Source: Camelus dromedarius
Lineage: Eukaryota
Length of the DNA stretch: 64,000 nt
Direction: 5' to 3'
NCBI RefSeq assembly: GCF_036321535.1
Contig: NC_087437.1
Span: 91,080,001 to 91,144,000 of the forward strand
Shown one piece after another: positions 49,640-63,570 of the stretch (the stretch's first letter is position 1; every line of letters starts with the position of its first letter). Under the pieces are notes generated by a model. That model worked only from the letters and a program-made list of their open reading frames with translations, had not been told where the DNA came from and searched no databases. Position numbers and translations under genes: made by a program.

Positions 49640-52140
49640 AAAAAATGAACCCTTTCAATTTAGCAGAAAAAAGTATTATAGGGGAACCATGTGCAAGGAA
49701 TTTGCTATGTGTTGAGGATATGAAGACGAATAGAGCCAGGATCCAGTCCCCAAAACTTACTGTCATACTACAATACAAAGATATACGACAATATAAGTCA
49801 AGCACGCTGAGTGCACTATCAGTGGAAAGCTCAAAGGGTCCTTACTGAGTGTGAAAAGGATGTCTAAGGCAATGTTTAACTGGGGAAGGGACATTTGTGC
49901 TAAACTCTTGAGAATGTGTGAGAATTCACCAGATATCATTGTAGAAAATGCATATTCTATAGAAAGGTAATAGGATCAAATACATTCAGTACTGATAGGG
50001 CATAGTTTATATTATTCATTTAAGAAATATTTATTGAGTACCTATTGTCAGAAAATGGGAAACACTCATGAATTACAAATTCAGGATAGCTTTCCTCAAA
50101 AGCTCAAAGTCAATTAGGGAATATACTACAACCATCTATGACAACCCAAGACAACAGAGTACAATAAAGGCCTATTAAAGGTGGGCACGTAAGAGTTTTA
50201 GAAAAGATATCTATCCAATGTAAGTTGATAATAGCAGCTTTGTAAAGGAGAGAGTACCTCCAATGTGTATAAAATGAATTTTAAATTAATCAAAGTGTAG
50301 AAATACGCTGAAGCACTACAACCCAAAAATGTTTAATGATACCACTATGTGTGCCAGCACTATAACTTTGGGAAGCTGAAACTAGGTGAAACACAAATAT
50401 CATGAAGTGGCCAGATATTTAAGAAAATTAATTCATTATAAAAATTTTATTGATTTTCTTCTATGTGTCAGGTTCTCCAATCAGTGTTTGATCTACAATG
50501 AATAATATGTTTTCTCCTTCTTCAAGACCGTTGGTAACATTGGAGATACAGACAAGTATTCAGGAAAGTGCAGTTAGGGTGATAGTTAAATGAGTCTTTA
50601 GGTATGAGGAAAGATTCATGCAGAGGAAATGTTTTATTTAATCCTGCAGACGAGGTTAGTCAGAAAAGTGTACTGAGTGTGCTGAAGAAAAGAGACATTC
50701 CAGAAGTCAGAACTGTTTTGTGTAAAATGATAAAAGCAAAGAAAGCATGGAAATTTCAAGAAAATATAAGACATTTAGTATGGTTGGAAAAAAATGTGAA
50801 GTGGGCCAGATGAAGTTGGAGCATAATGAAAATGGATCACAGTAAGCCCTCTATGTTCTGATGAGAAATCTGGGCTTCATTCTGAAGCAGATGAGAATGG
50901 GAAGATCATTGTCTTCACACCTGTGTGCTGGAAAAGACAGGTTCCTGTAGTGTGGAGAGATGCTATTCACAAGGATAGAAGGCATAACTAGGGACTATTG
51001 TAGCAGTTCAGAAAAGAGAGGATGGTAGTCTGGACTAAGGTAATGGGAATTAGAATATAGATTTACCAAAAAGTTATGGATATTGTCATTTGCTCAGTTG
51101 TTTAAAGAGAACGATAACCAGGTTTGAGGCAACTACATGAAGTACTCCCACTAAATGAGTATGTGATATCTGACAAAGAAAAAGTAAGGAATAAAAAAGC
51201 AGTAGCTTTAGTTTGAATGTGCTGTTTGATAAAAATAAAGCACAAGATGAAAATATAAGGAAATGAAAATAAAATAATCTTCTGAATTGAAGTGATATGA
51301 TAATGGCATTTTAGAATAACCAATGAAAACCAAAAACCAATGAAAATTAAAAGAATTGATTGAAGGAGAACAGAAATAAGAAGTCTTAATGTTGTAGATC
51401 AAGGTAGCATAGGTAGTAGAAGGCTGCAGATGTGAAGATTGTTAATGAGGTCCCAGTGACACAGTTTTGTGATCAGCTGAATATGAGACAGGGAGAAGAG
51501 CAGATAGGCTGACTCTCAGGCTTTAATCTTGGAAGAGTAAGAAGATGACAGAAACCAAGGAGATAAATGGATAAAGAGAAAGTTTGAAGGAGGAGATAGG
51601 GAGATCTCAGTTGGTCCTCATCAGTTTTGCATACCCATGGGGCAATAAGTAGTGCACATTTGTGACTCTCACAGGAGATGACAGGAATGGAGATTTATTG
51701 TATTTAGTTACTAGAGTCTTGGGGGAAAATGAAGTCAGTCAAAAGCATGCATAGGTCAAGGTCAGGAGACAGGCTCAGACAGGATCACCAATCATACTGC
51801 TGGTTAGTGGTTAGGAAAAGGAGAGAACTAGTAGCATTACGCCTTAGAAACCAAAGGGGTGGAGAAAGTTTCTAGAAGCAAACCATGGGGCAAATGCACA
51901 CAAAATATCTAGAAAGATTAAGACCAAAAAAAAAAAAAAAAAAAAAGGTAGATAATTTTAACAGACAAATTGGAATTATTGGTGGTTTTGGCAAAACAAT
52001 TTCATTGGAGTGATGGGAGGAGAATTTACACTGAAGTTTACTAATAAACATGGCTATGAAGGGAGAAGACAGGAATGAAAAGGGCAGGATCTGGCAGAGG
52101 AGAAGGAAGGACACAGACATTGCTGGAGTCTAAATGGTAG
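49640..52140 (-). mobile_element. Stacked L2 fragments
   Basis: Several reverse L2 3' ends (attcatttaagaaatatttattgagtacctattgtcag at ~50015; aattcatt...tattgattttctctatgtgtcagg at ~50430) and L2 body (ggactattgtagcagttcag...gatggtagtctggactaagg). Confidence 0.7.
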
Positions 52141-52904
52141 AAATGATTGAACATATATTTATTATAAACAGAATCAATACATAAAAATGAGGGTTTACTT
52201 TAGCATGATATTTGAGGTTCTGTAGTAAAAAAAACAGAAAAAATTTCCATTTGTCTTGTTTTGACATTGTTTTTACACCAAGCTGTGTATGTGAATATTT
52301 ATTTTAACAAAGCCAAGTATTCAGATAGAAATTAAGCCATTTGAAGTCACATAATTAATCCTATTTAATTGGTGGAATCATCTAATTAAATTACTCCTTA
52401 TATAGATGTTTATTCTGTTCTTCATCTCCAAACATTATCCTTTTCTTCAAAAATTTATGGAATGAGATGCTACTTTGAGAAACACATATTCACACTAGGG
52501 CATGACATACAATATGGATGAGAATGATTTCATGATTTTTCTTCAAAAGGAAAGGCTGTGTCCCGATATTATAAATGGTAATTCTTATTTAGAAGTAAAT
52601 TGTAGTTGAATATTTTAATGAATCTTTATTTTCTTCTCTAAATAAAAGACTACATCATTTGCATTTTAAATCTGTTTAATTTGTTTTGATAATAGCATTC
52701 ATCCATGCATTTTTTTAAAGGACTATTAAAAATCACTTTCCCAAATGCTACATTTCACATGCTGAAACAAATTTAGGATAAGGTAAAATCTTCCTTAGAA
52801 ATAGAAATGTGAATAACTATGCCTAGTATTGTCTTTGAAACTCAGAAAATCAAAATATGGCTTTTAAGTATTAAAATGCTATATGTAAGTAAAATAAAAT
52901 CAAT

Positions 52905-53030
52905 GAGACTGCATACTTAACTATGTGATCCTGGAAAATTCATTACTATTTCTGTACCTCAGTTTCCTTGTCTGTAAAATAGAGATGGAAATAGGACTGA
53001 ACTCATGGAATTGTTTTAGAAAATGAGATT
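52905..53030 (+). mobile_element. MIR SINE
   Basis: ctatgtgatcctggaaaattcatt...ctgtacctcagtttccttgtctgtaaaatagagat. Confidence 0.8.
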
Positions 53031-53769
53031 CTCTCTCTCTTTCTCAAAGATTTCTTAGAAAATGGTGAATTTTATAATAGTGTCAAATGTAATATATTTA
53101 TAAGTTAATAAACATTGTAACAAATTGATACTAATCATATTTCTATTATTTGATTGTATTATATTTATTTTTATTAATTTTAACTTTAAATTAGCCTTTC
53201 AATTTAAATGTAATTTTTCCATTTCATATAGTTATGTATAATCTCTTCGGCACTACATTTACCACAGTTTATGAATTCAAAAGGAAAAAAAAATCTACGT
53301 GGAATCAATCTACCTTAAATAAAATAGGTACTTGATTTTATCATGCATCTTTCTGAATTCTATAAAATAATTTTAAATGCTTTTCTTTGTACTAAGCAAG
53401 CAAGAATTAACATGAAATGTGAACAGAAAAACTGTATGCTGAAAATTTGTTTTGGAGTAATTAATGTTACGAGAGAATTTATAATTTAAATATACTAAAG
53501 AAGAAAAGAAGTATAAATGGGATTTGAATTTCAGAATCATCTTTAATTCAAATGGAATTTAAGTTATAGTGTCAACTTATTTTAATTTGACTATCACCAT
53601 TTGTGTAATAAAAGTAGTAAATATATTATTATATAAAATAACAGTATTTTAGTTTTTATTAATTTCTCTACATTTAATTAATAATGAGAGCTCAACATTT
53701 GTATATATTGAAATCAAACTCTAAAACCTAAGTGTCAAAGTACCAATGTAAATGTATACATAAACACCT

Positions 53770-53900
53770 TAATCTGCCGAAAATATCATTATTCCCATTG
53801 CATAGACTAGAAAATTGGAACTTCAAGTGGATAATAATTTTTCCATGGTAATATCACTGATATGTGGCAGAATTACACCAAGCACAGACCAAGGATAACA
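53770..53900 (-). mobile_element. MIR SINE (decayed)
   Basis: attattcccattgcatagactagaaaattgga...ccatggtaatatcactgatatgtggcaga. Confidence 0.55.
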
Positions 53901-54329
53901 ATTCTGCCTCTTTCACTTCCATGATCCTGACATACTCCTGAAATGGATCTGCCCTCTTTCCTTCTCAGTCACTCTGTATTTTTATATTCCATACGCTACA
54001 CCTGAAATGTGTTCCCATCTTAATTCCTGGCTGAAACTGTTGTAAGACCAGATATTAACTATGAAAACCTGTGATGTGGCAGGAATTTATAAAATATATG
54101 AGTAAGTGTGAAGAAACATGACACCTGTTTTCACTTATCAAGAAAGGTAAGTGATGACATTTGGGACCAAGTGAGAATCGCTTAGTAAATGTGAAAATTG
54201 TTGAACGTAGATAGGAGAAGCTGTAAAAGGCAGACTTCAGTGTTGACTTTTGATAAGAACTAGGCCATGGACTTCCAGCATTTGATGTTTTGAAAGCTGT
54301 TCACAATTTTCCATTGTTCATTTCAGTGA

Positions 54330-56340
54330 CTTGAAAAGATATGAAAATATAATATTTCTTCAAGAAAATCACAAAGAAAACACTCAAACATACACATATG
54401 AAAGAAAGGTAGAAATAAAGAGACATAAAGAATATGACAAATATTAAACAAAGGGGGCCAGTATTCTGCTAATACCAGAAAGAATTTAAGACATAAGTAT
54501 AAATAAGTTCTGTACATAATAATAAAAGAGCAAATTCAATAAAAAAGAACTCAACACTGAGACTAAGGAAGACTGAGCAAAACACTGAGAACAGTCAACT
54601 CATGGTGAAATAAAAAAACTTGTAAAAGGATGATCAGTCCAATATATAAATAAATTTAAAAAGTAAATTGTGAGGAAATATTTCTTAGAAAAATGAATTT
54701 AGAATTATTAACCCTAATTAATGAAGATAATCAATGTTAAGAGCTAAATTATTAGCCTGAAATAGCTAGAGAAAAAAAAGCCATCATTTACAAATAAGTA
54801 ATGCAGAATCTAAAGAAGATGCAATGAATGTGAACAGAAAAGAAAGGAAATAAAAAAAAAAAACACGGAGACATTTGATGATAGCACAAATTCTAAAACA
54901 ATAAATAAATAAACAAGGAGATAGAAATATACAATAATGGAAAGATAACAGCACCTGTGGACATCTATCATTTGAAATAATTCACCATGATCTAGACAAG
55001 ATGGACTTAATAAAAGCAGAAATGTTGAATGTTTCCTGATCTAAAAAAACACATTTTGTTAAGGGAATATTTGACATCTGACTTTTTGTTTACAACTCAA
55101 GAAAGGGAAAAGAGTATAATAAGGGCTAAAAACTACAGATTAAAATGTACAGTGACATTAACATTCTAAATATAATCAAACCTTCACTTTCTTTCTAGTG
55201 TTAAATAAAGATATTAACTGATATGAAAGAACTTAGAGAGTAAATCATGCGTGTGGAAATATACTCCAGACAAAAATCAAATGTATAATCTATGACATTT
55301 CAATACAGATTAATGGTCAAAGACAGTGCTAACCAATGAGATTTATAATAAGCATAGTTGCATGTAAAGAGAAAAGAGAATGACTATTGGCATTCTTAGA
55401 ATAAAATAAACCCATTTTAAGAAAAACCTTACCACCCAACAGCTAGGAACAAAAATATTAAACCTCATGAATTTAGGCTTTTGGAGACAGCTATATCTAG
55501 GGGAGTTTAGAGGGCTAAAATACTTTCTAAAGACTTTCCTTAATTGGCATCAAAGACGAGGAGTGTAGTTAGAGAGTACTCTGGTGGTGATGGGATTAGG
55601 GAGAACTAATTAGGTATCTTATTTTTTAATGATAACAACAAGGCTAAGGGCAAGGATATCTTCAGTGTGTTAGAAACAGGGATATAGTTGCTAGGAGAGG
55701 TGAAATACAGAGTTGAAATTGAACAGAACAAAGGCAAAGCACTAATAACTTGCAAAACAAGCAAAAATAAGAAAAAGGAAAATGATCATTTAAAAAAGAA
55801 ACAAATAAGAAAAATAAAAGTATTGGAATCTGATAAAGTACATCTGAATGTTAAATGAATCATTTATTACTAAAGATGGATTTCACAAACAGAACTAGAT
55901 TATTTGTTGTTTAAAAAGAAATATTCCTAAAAGAAAGTATTGAAGAGAGGTTAAAAATAGAGGGATAGTCAGAAAGCACCAGCAAATAGTCACATCACAA
56001 TACCACTATATTATTGCCATGTTCATAGCAGACATTAAATGACATTAAATGTTAAAAGCATTAAACAGGTTGAGGAAAAATATTTTACGACTAAATTTGT
56101 AAGACATACCATATACTAAAACATGCTTAATCTATGGGAAAATATCAATTAAAATAATAATGTGATAACCATTTTAATCTATTAGATTGATAAGTGTTTA
56201 GATTTAAAAGATTGATAATATTTAGTGCCCTCGTGGCATATAAGAAATACATATTCTTATATAGTTTGTAGGACTAAACTGATGGCAAACTTGTTGAAAC
56301 AGAACTGCACAGAGTACAAATTTTTGAAATCAGCAATTTC
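54330..56340 (+). mobile_element. Very old HAL1/L1ME-like A-rich LINE remnant
   Basis: Long A-rich strand with L1 ORF1/ORF2-like motifs (acattctaaatataatcaaacc, ctagattatttgttgtttaaaaagaaatattcctaaaa...gagaggttaaaaatagagggatag). Subfamily uncertain. Confidence 0.45.
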
Positions 56341-58009
56341 ACTTTAATATTCTTTAGGATGATTTCTCCTTGGTATAATTATCCTCATGAGAGAGCACAG
56401 GCTTGGACTCAGTCTAGGGTTTTAGTCATTCTAATCTATTTGTAGGATAATCTTCTAAGAAAGAATAATACATAGTCAACTTTATGATTAGGTAAAGTGG
56501 GTAGTAGTGATTAAGAAGAAATTTGGTAAGCTCAGTATCAGGTTACAGTCTTTTTTTCCTGAGAATTTGTATGACATTACCAAAATGATTTTTTTTTAAA
56601 CAAAGCTATATGGTAAGTAGTATTTCTTTGGTGCTTTGGGGGCAAAAATAGTTGAGAAAACAAGGGCAAGAGATAAGCATTCAAATATATTTAGATGCAT
56701 TAATAAAATCTGTATTCACAAAGGAACGTATAGCATTTGAACAGGATTTTTGGTTTACTCACATCCTCAGATTAGCTTGATAAGTATTAGAACAGTATAT
56801 TGAAAAGTTAAAGTACATGTATCCTCGTTCACATACACTGTCCTTCAAAAAGAATCCCCGTATTTTCTATGACTTGAAACAAAAAATCCCCAGTAAAGGG
56901 GCTTTGAGTGAGGCACCAGTAATCTCTACACAAGTAGGTTGAAAAGTGGGGTATGTCCAGTCTTCAAAACAAGCATCATGAGAAGTTTTACTCTTTGTCA
57001 AAAATCTTTCTTTTTAGGATAAAATGTGTTCAAGGAGAGTAAAGGGCTTAACATATTTGAGTTAATATTTCATCATTCATTATTTAATTTCCTTCTTAAA
57101 GGGCTGCTAATAGTTAGATCTCGAAATACCCTGTTGTGTTTAATGGGCTTAGTCAGTAGTCAGCTGAATATTGTAGGAAACATTTTAGCAATATCACCTA
57201 TCATCACCATGATTACTATTATCAAATATTTATTGAAACTACATAGGACTTATTATTCTCAAGTGTGTGCCTTTATATGATATTTCTCAATAAGTTAGTT
57301 ATTTTAACACAAGGTGCATAGCCTGAGGATTTATTTTTTTTACAACGTAATTATAGAGGGAAAGAAGCAGATGAAATTCTACAAACTCTGTCCTTTTCTT
57401 TTCAGCATTCTTGTTGTTTGCTGTGTTATGTTGAGGTTCCATCAAGTGGCTGACTCTTTAAGTTCAATAGTAGATAATTACCATGGATTATAAAATGACA
57501 TTCCTATTGAAAATCAAAACTAGAGGAAAAAGAAAAAAAAAAACTTTGGAAAGTTTTTTTAATGAAAAAAATAACAATTTATTCACAAAAATAAAAGTAA
57601 GCCTGACAGTTTTTTTTCCTGCTTATCGACTTGTATGTCTTTGAAAATATACATATACAGATTTCTAACAGAATATTACTAGAGTGTAACTAACTGTTGA
57701 TATTGACAGAGTTAATTATCAGCATTGGTTTATAGTCTTTAATAAATATTCCAACAGTTAAAAAATAAAACATCTGTCAACAAAGTGAAAAAAACAGAAC
57801 AAGTTGTATCAACACATTAAAAATCATAACAGAAAAAAATATATAACGTATTTTTATTTATCGACTTACTTCATTTCGTAGACCTATCAAAATATCAGTA
57901 TTTTCAAAATATGTATATGAAATTGCAAAATATCAAGTAAAATATATAGTTTTTTTATCCAGTAAAACAGCAATGTAGAGAAGTAAATGAGATCAAGAAA
58001 TTTATTTTC

Positions 58010-58310
58010 TCAGCTCTCTGCTTGCCGATTTGCAATGAGTTGACTGTCCCCCTCAATAAAAGTCATAGTTCCATTCACAGAACTCTTACATTATCTGTAC
58101 CATCTTTATGTTTTGGAACCTGACCTTTTGTTTTTTTCAGGCCTTCGGGTGGGAATGCCCCCCTTCATATTGCTGACCTTAGGGTACTTCATCTTCCTTG
58201 CTGGTTTCCTTAAACACATGCCACATCAATGTGGTAAATAGTCAATTTATTAAAGATTCCTCAGATTACACAGTTTGGAAGGGCCATTTGTCTGTTGATA
58301 AGAATCAACA
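58010..58310 (+). mobile_element. LTR33-like ERVL LTR
   Basis: gctggtttccttaaac...gtaaatagtcaatttattaaagattcctcagattacacagtttggaagggccatttgt resembles the LTR33 3' end. Confidence 0.65.
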
Positions 58311-59859
58311 GGTAGGGTTGAATCTAACTGGTGTAGTTAAAGATTCCTGGCTGGAATGACTTAGAAAAATAACTGAAAAATAATGATATCTAAATTTAAT
58401 TTATTAGTTTTTTGGGTTGATTTGTTTATAATTTTTGAACGGATAATATAATGCTCTAAATAGCTATTAGCCAGAGCTCTACATAGGCTTTTTATCTTAT
58501 AAAATGTAATCTTATAAAATTTTGTTTTTTTAATATTCATAGCAATGAGAATATTTTACATAATATAATATTAAAGTCTGATAGTGATTATTGAAAAATG
58601 ACAATATTGCAATAGATTTGGTTCTCTTTCCATTAGAATGAGTTTTATACAAAGGTAACACTCTACTCCTATGGAAATAAAGAAGCTGCTAAAGATACAT
58701 ATGCAAATTTCTCTGTCTTGACAAAATGAGCTTTATGAAAATTATAGTTGGGAAAAGAGTAGGTATCCATGATGATAGAAAAAGGAACAATATTTGCTGT
58801 TTTTGATTTATTTTCTATTCATGCTAAACTAATCTCTCAAATTGTTAAGGTGTTTCTTAAAAAATTCAATCACAATCAAGCCATCATGATTATCTCATTT
58901 GTTATATAACTAAAACATTCAGTGTGAAAGCAATCTAAATTTTTATCTTGGACCTTATATGAAAGAAAAAGGTTCAATTCTTAGAATGCTGTAAGTTTTA
59001 ATAGGTAAAACAACTATGCAGCTGTGATTAGTCATGAGCTAAATGTCACCTCAGAAGGGTTACATAATAAGTCTTTTATTCCTCCTGGTTGAATCATGAA
59101 TATTCTGTTGAATGCCTTCATTGTGTGAGGAAACTTAAGAAGTAATGGATAGATTCTGTCGTGCTATATAAACATTCCTAGTGTGGTAAGTACTGAGAAC
59201 TGCATTCTCAGAGTTTTAACAACTTACAGAAAAGTGAATTGAATTTCTGAAGCCTGGGAAATGATAAGAGAGAGGTGAAAGAGAGATAGTGTGCTAATGA
59301 TCCTAGAGAGTTTGAAAATGTTATGGTCATGTATATGAGAGAATCTCCTAAAAGAAGATAATGGGCATGGCTGAGTCTGTAAAGAATAGATCTTGCTATC
59401 AAGTGCCTGAGAGCGTGGCAATCAGGAGTCAGGGGCAGTCTGCCAGAACCTGAGTAAGTTATTCAATTCCTTCAGAGTGAGGCTGTGCCTACACTACCAG
59501 AAATGAATTAACCATTGCCACTTTTCCCCCCTCCGCACTAAAATGAACAGACTTGTTCTTTTCTTTTTTTTCCTTTGCTCATTTTTTTTTTGGTAATGTG
59601 TAAGTATTAAACTCGTGCACGTCATGAAAGACATCTAAAGGGCATTTCATGAAATTATCTGAAGTATTTGGGAAATGAAACATAAGATTTGTAATTCTCT
59701 ACTATTGTAAAGTCATAGTTCTTTCTCCTGTTCAATTAATGGCTTTAAATCAATGTATTTTATTTCTTCTTCATTTCAGTGATGCATCAAAATACATACC
59801 CTATAGGTACTGTTATCACCAGAATTGTGTCATACTTGATATCTCAAGCTTTAGAATTA

Positions 59860-60665
59860 GTCAACTATAATATTCCTATCTCTCCTGACATTTCACCCCA
59901 AACATAATCATACTCCCCCATGTCTTCCTCTCAATTTCAGATTTTCTCCATGTAATTATATTCCCTCTGTATAGACCAAATCATATAAGTAACCAGCCAT
60001 AAAGTTGGAAATACCGAACTTAATCACCTCACTTCTTAGTAGATGGCTTTAACTTCTATTATGGTTTTAAAACAGAGGCAATGAAATTTGAGGTTCTTGA
60101 ATATTATTCCCCTCACCTAAATGACTTCAGATAATTTTTTCATAACTGATTTTCTTATCTCTGCTTCAAAAAACAAAATTCTATTCATTTATGAGTTGTA
60201 ATGGTGACAGTGTTCAGAGCCAGGGGGATGAAGACCTTGTAGATTTCTAAACAACTGGTGTCCCTTCAGACTTTCATAAAATACAATTCAAAGGTGGTTT
60301 CAAGCATCCTCCTCAAATTATATTGCTGCTTCTTATAAAAATTCTGGTTGAACACTTTCATTGTGTGAGGAAAAACTATTGGTCTCCAAAACTTTAAGCT
60401 ATTTCTTTCATCAGTGCTTGCTTTCTCTTTCTTCTTTCTGTTTTCATTGTCTTCTACTACATAGGCTATCTACGCATATTCAAGATCTCTTCTTTAAGAA
60501 ATAGTGAACTGAGATTTCCCTTCAAACTGCCAGTAGACCAAAGACCATAATAATTAGAAAGCTCTAACCCATAACTCCTTTACCTCTTTTCATACTCTCA
60601 AATTCCTGACATCCTGGACTCCATAGTCATCGTTATTATAATACTGGTTCCTCAGAACTCACCAT
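59860..60665 (+). mobile_element. L2 internal fragments with a small MIR-like insert at ~60200-60375
   Basis: Pyrimidine-rich L2 body motifs (acttcttagtagatggctttaacttc...aacagaggcaat; cctgacatcctggactcc). Confidence 0.45.
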
Positions 60666-60669
60666 GCTT

Positions 60670-61040
60670 TTCTTTTTTATGAATTGAAATTTTTATTGTG
60701 ATGATTGTAGCTTCACCTGCAGTTGTAGGAAGTAATATGAGTAGATCCCTCATGTATTTTATCCAGTTTTCTCAATGGTAATATTGTCCAAATTGATAGT
60801 GTAATATCACAACCAGGTACTGCATTTATGCAATCCATGAGCCTTATTCAGATTTCCCATGGTTCTAATTTTACTTATTTCTGTGTGTTGAGTTTTATAC
60901 AATTTTATCACCTGTGCAGGTCCTGTATCCACCACCATAGTCAAGATACAGAATATTTCCAACACTAAAAACATTCGTCATTGTAAAATCGTACCTACTT
61001 CCCTCCTGCATCCTGCCTCTGTCTATAACACCTAGAAACT
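60670..61040 (-). mobile_element. L1MC2/3-type LINE-1 3' end
   Basis: agatccctcatgtattttatccagttttctcaatggtaatattg...atatcacaaccagg...ttattcagatttccc...ccaccaccatagtcaagatacagaatatttcc. Confidence 0.85.
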
Positions 61041-61099
61041 TCCTGGTTCTTTTCTATTTGAACAATAATCTTCCTGTGTGTTTTGTTTTGTCTTTTTTA

Positions 61100-63570
61100 A
61101 GAAAAAGAAGACTAATTTCATCCTAAAGTAAAATGACTGATTGTTGTAGAAAAAGAAAGAGGAAATAGATGACTATGACAAAACCTGAATAGATATAAAC
61201 TGTTACAAAATTTTCACAAAAAACAAATTTTGTCGTGCAAATAAAATGGAATGGGTTTATTTATAAAATTTTAAAAAATAGCTTTACTCTCAAATAGTAT
61301 AGTGAAGCAAAACTAGAATTTGTTTTTTTCTCTATTAATAGAAAAACACTTTCTTGGATATTGGTCTGTTTTTAAGAGGTTGTAAAGATTTTCTTTACCT
61401 TCTTTGTAACCTACCTAGCAGGCAAAGATTCTAGTCCAACCAGAATAATTTTCAGTGCTTTAGGTTGACTTTATCATGTCCCTAATTATTTATGAAAACT
61501 AAGTCTTCTCACTTAAAAAGATGAGGTTTTTTGTTTTTGTTTTTACAGTCAGATTACCTTATATATTTACTTTTAAAATCTTTTATTGTCAATGTAATTA
61601 AACAGGTAGCCAAGTATTGTTTCTCAGTGATCCTGTTTAGCTAAGTGTTCAAACCTCCAGGCAACTTTTAACATTTTGCGTTCCCCAAATCTAATGACAT
61701 CTTTACACATAAAACTAACTCTAGTATTTCCCAGAGGGCCTCTGGAAAAGTCACAAAAGATTTGTTGGTCCATTTTGTAAAAGAGATGTAATAAAAATAA
61801 TTAGGCTTATTTAATATTATTATACACTTGGAAAGTATTGTCAAATTTTAAAAATACTTACCCTTCCCTAGATCAAATTTGTATCAGTAATGTTATTTGT
61901 AATATTATTGGTATAAATATTTAAAACATATAATATGCCTAGAGTTTTGACAATGCCCTCATTGCCCATATATTTCAATTTATCAGAGTTCTAATTCTGC
62001 TGTGTCTGATGTTAGATAATCCAGTGTTATTGCCTATCATCTCAATTATTTTGTAATTAACCTGGTCACAATTTTACTTCTTTAATTTAAAACCATTATA
62101 TTACAGACCAGTGGTTTCCAGTTGAGATTTCTCATCAGTTACCTATGGAGTTTTATTAATACACAGATGTTTAAGACCTTTGCTTAATTTATAAATAGAT
62201 TTTATTCATCTCTCTAAATCTCATGGTTGAAAATAGATTCTTGCAATCATGTACATGTCCTTTCACTGCCTCTTTTAAGAGGGCTGGTGCCATTATTGCT
62301 GTTAAACTTTTATCAAAGCAAATGTTCGCCACATTTTCCACTGGTACAGTAACTGAAGAAATCCAACAGTTCTTCCTTACTCACCCAAAATATGTTATCC
62401 TTATCATCTTCAGTCATCTGAAATAATAGAGAGCTAATTAGATTATTAAAATTAAAACATGCTAAACTGACGGAAAAACTCAATCTCCCATGACCTAAAG
62501 TTTTACCCTTTAGCCTTGATTGCCCTCCAGTCCTGTCCTGATGAATTACACCAGTGACTCCATAAAAAATAAGTGGATGACCCATGAACATTCCCTATCT
62601 GCCTAGATTCTCAAAGACTCAAACCCGGCGAATTCAGATATTCTAAAATACCATAAGGGACTGATTAATTATATGCAAACTTACCACAAATAGAGGCTAC
62701 TTTTCCTCCAGCGTTAGAAACTTTGTTCTCTGGAAACAAGTCACCAGAAAATGAATCTTAAGGGCCTTGTTGGATGGACCCTTACAGTGTACTTTTTACC
62801 ACTAAACATTACCACCAAACCCCAAATTCACATCTCTAAACTAAAAAGATGCAAAAGCTACTCTGAATAAAAGTCCACTCCAGTTGAAGACTTGAAACAG
62901 GTTCTCTTGAGAGTCATGAAGGGCAGACAACACTATGAAGTAGAAAGCTTTCTGGAGAACTTTGAACCAAGACAATGACATCGCAAGGTGGTTACCAGCA
63001 ATCCTAGGTGTTAAAACAAGACCCCAAGGATTACCTGTCGGGAGGAAAGTCTTGGGCCCACTGTGACAAAGAGACTTCCTATTCTGGGTCACTAGCTAAA
63101 ATTGGACCTCTTTTTCCTGTTCTGTCTGCCTATCCCAACGTCTCTGTGTGGAGAAGAGTCTTAGTCCGTAGAGTCTAAAGGCTTCCTGGAGTATGCCATC
63201 TGCTGTAGCTGAGTTTGTCTTGCTTGTTCTGCTTGTTTACCCCCATTATCTCTTGGCAGAACATAGACATAGACACATGTTTGGTAGGGAAGGGTATTAT
63301 TTCACCTGGAGTTATTTATGACGGAGCTTCCAGTTCCATCTCACCTGTGGTGTTGGGTTCACAGGATCTTGCTAGAGGGACTGTCATTTCAATCCAGGAG
63401 AAGATAAGCCTACATAGGCTGTCATTTCTTGCTAGGATAAAAGTTAGAAAGCACTGGATTTGGGTGGTTGTCTTCTGTTAGTTGAAGTGATGCCAGACAC
63501 ACTATCCTCCAGACTTTGGGTCCATAAGCAGGCTGCCTTCTCTTTAACCCCTTTAAGTTTTCCTTTTGTT
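61100..63570 (+). mobile_element. ERV1 (class I, MER4/MER34-int-like) internal remnant with a degenerate integrase C-terminus
   Basis: Frameshifted integrase motifs: YHLQSSEIIE (62402-62431; cf. YHPQSSG.VER), AKLTEKLNLP*PKVLP/LALIALQSCP (62461-62540; cf. ..W..LLP.AL...R..P) and PCWMDPYSVLFTT (62765-62803; cf. PRWKGPY.VLLTT). The AT-rich leader at 61100-61800 resembles MER-int sequence. Confidence 0.75.
62109..62235. mobile_element. MER5-type MITE fragment within the ERV remnant region
   Basis: cagtggtttccagttgag...catcagttacctatggagttttattaatacacagatg...ggttgaaaa. Confidence 0.45.
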
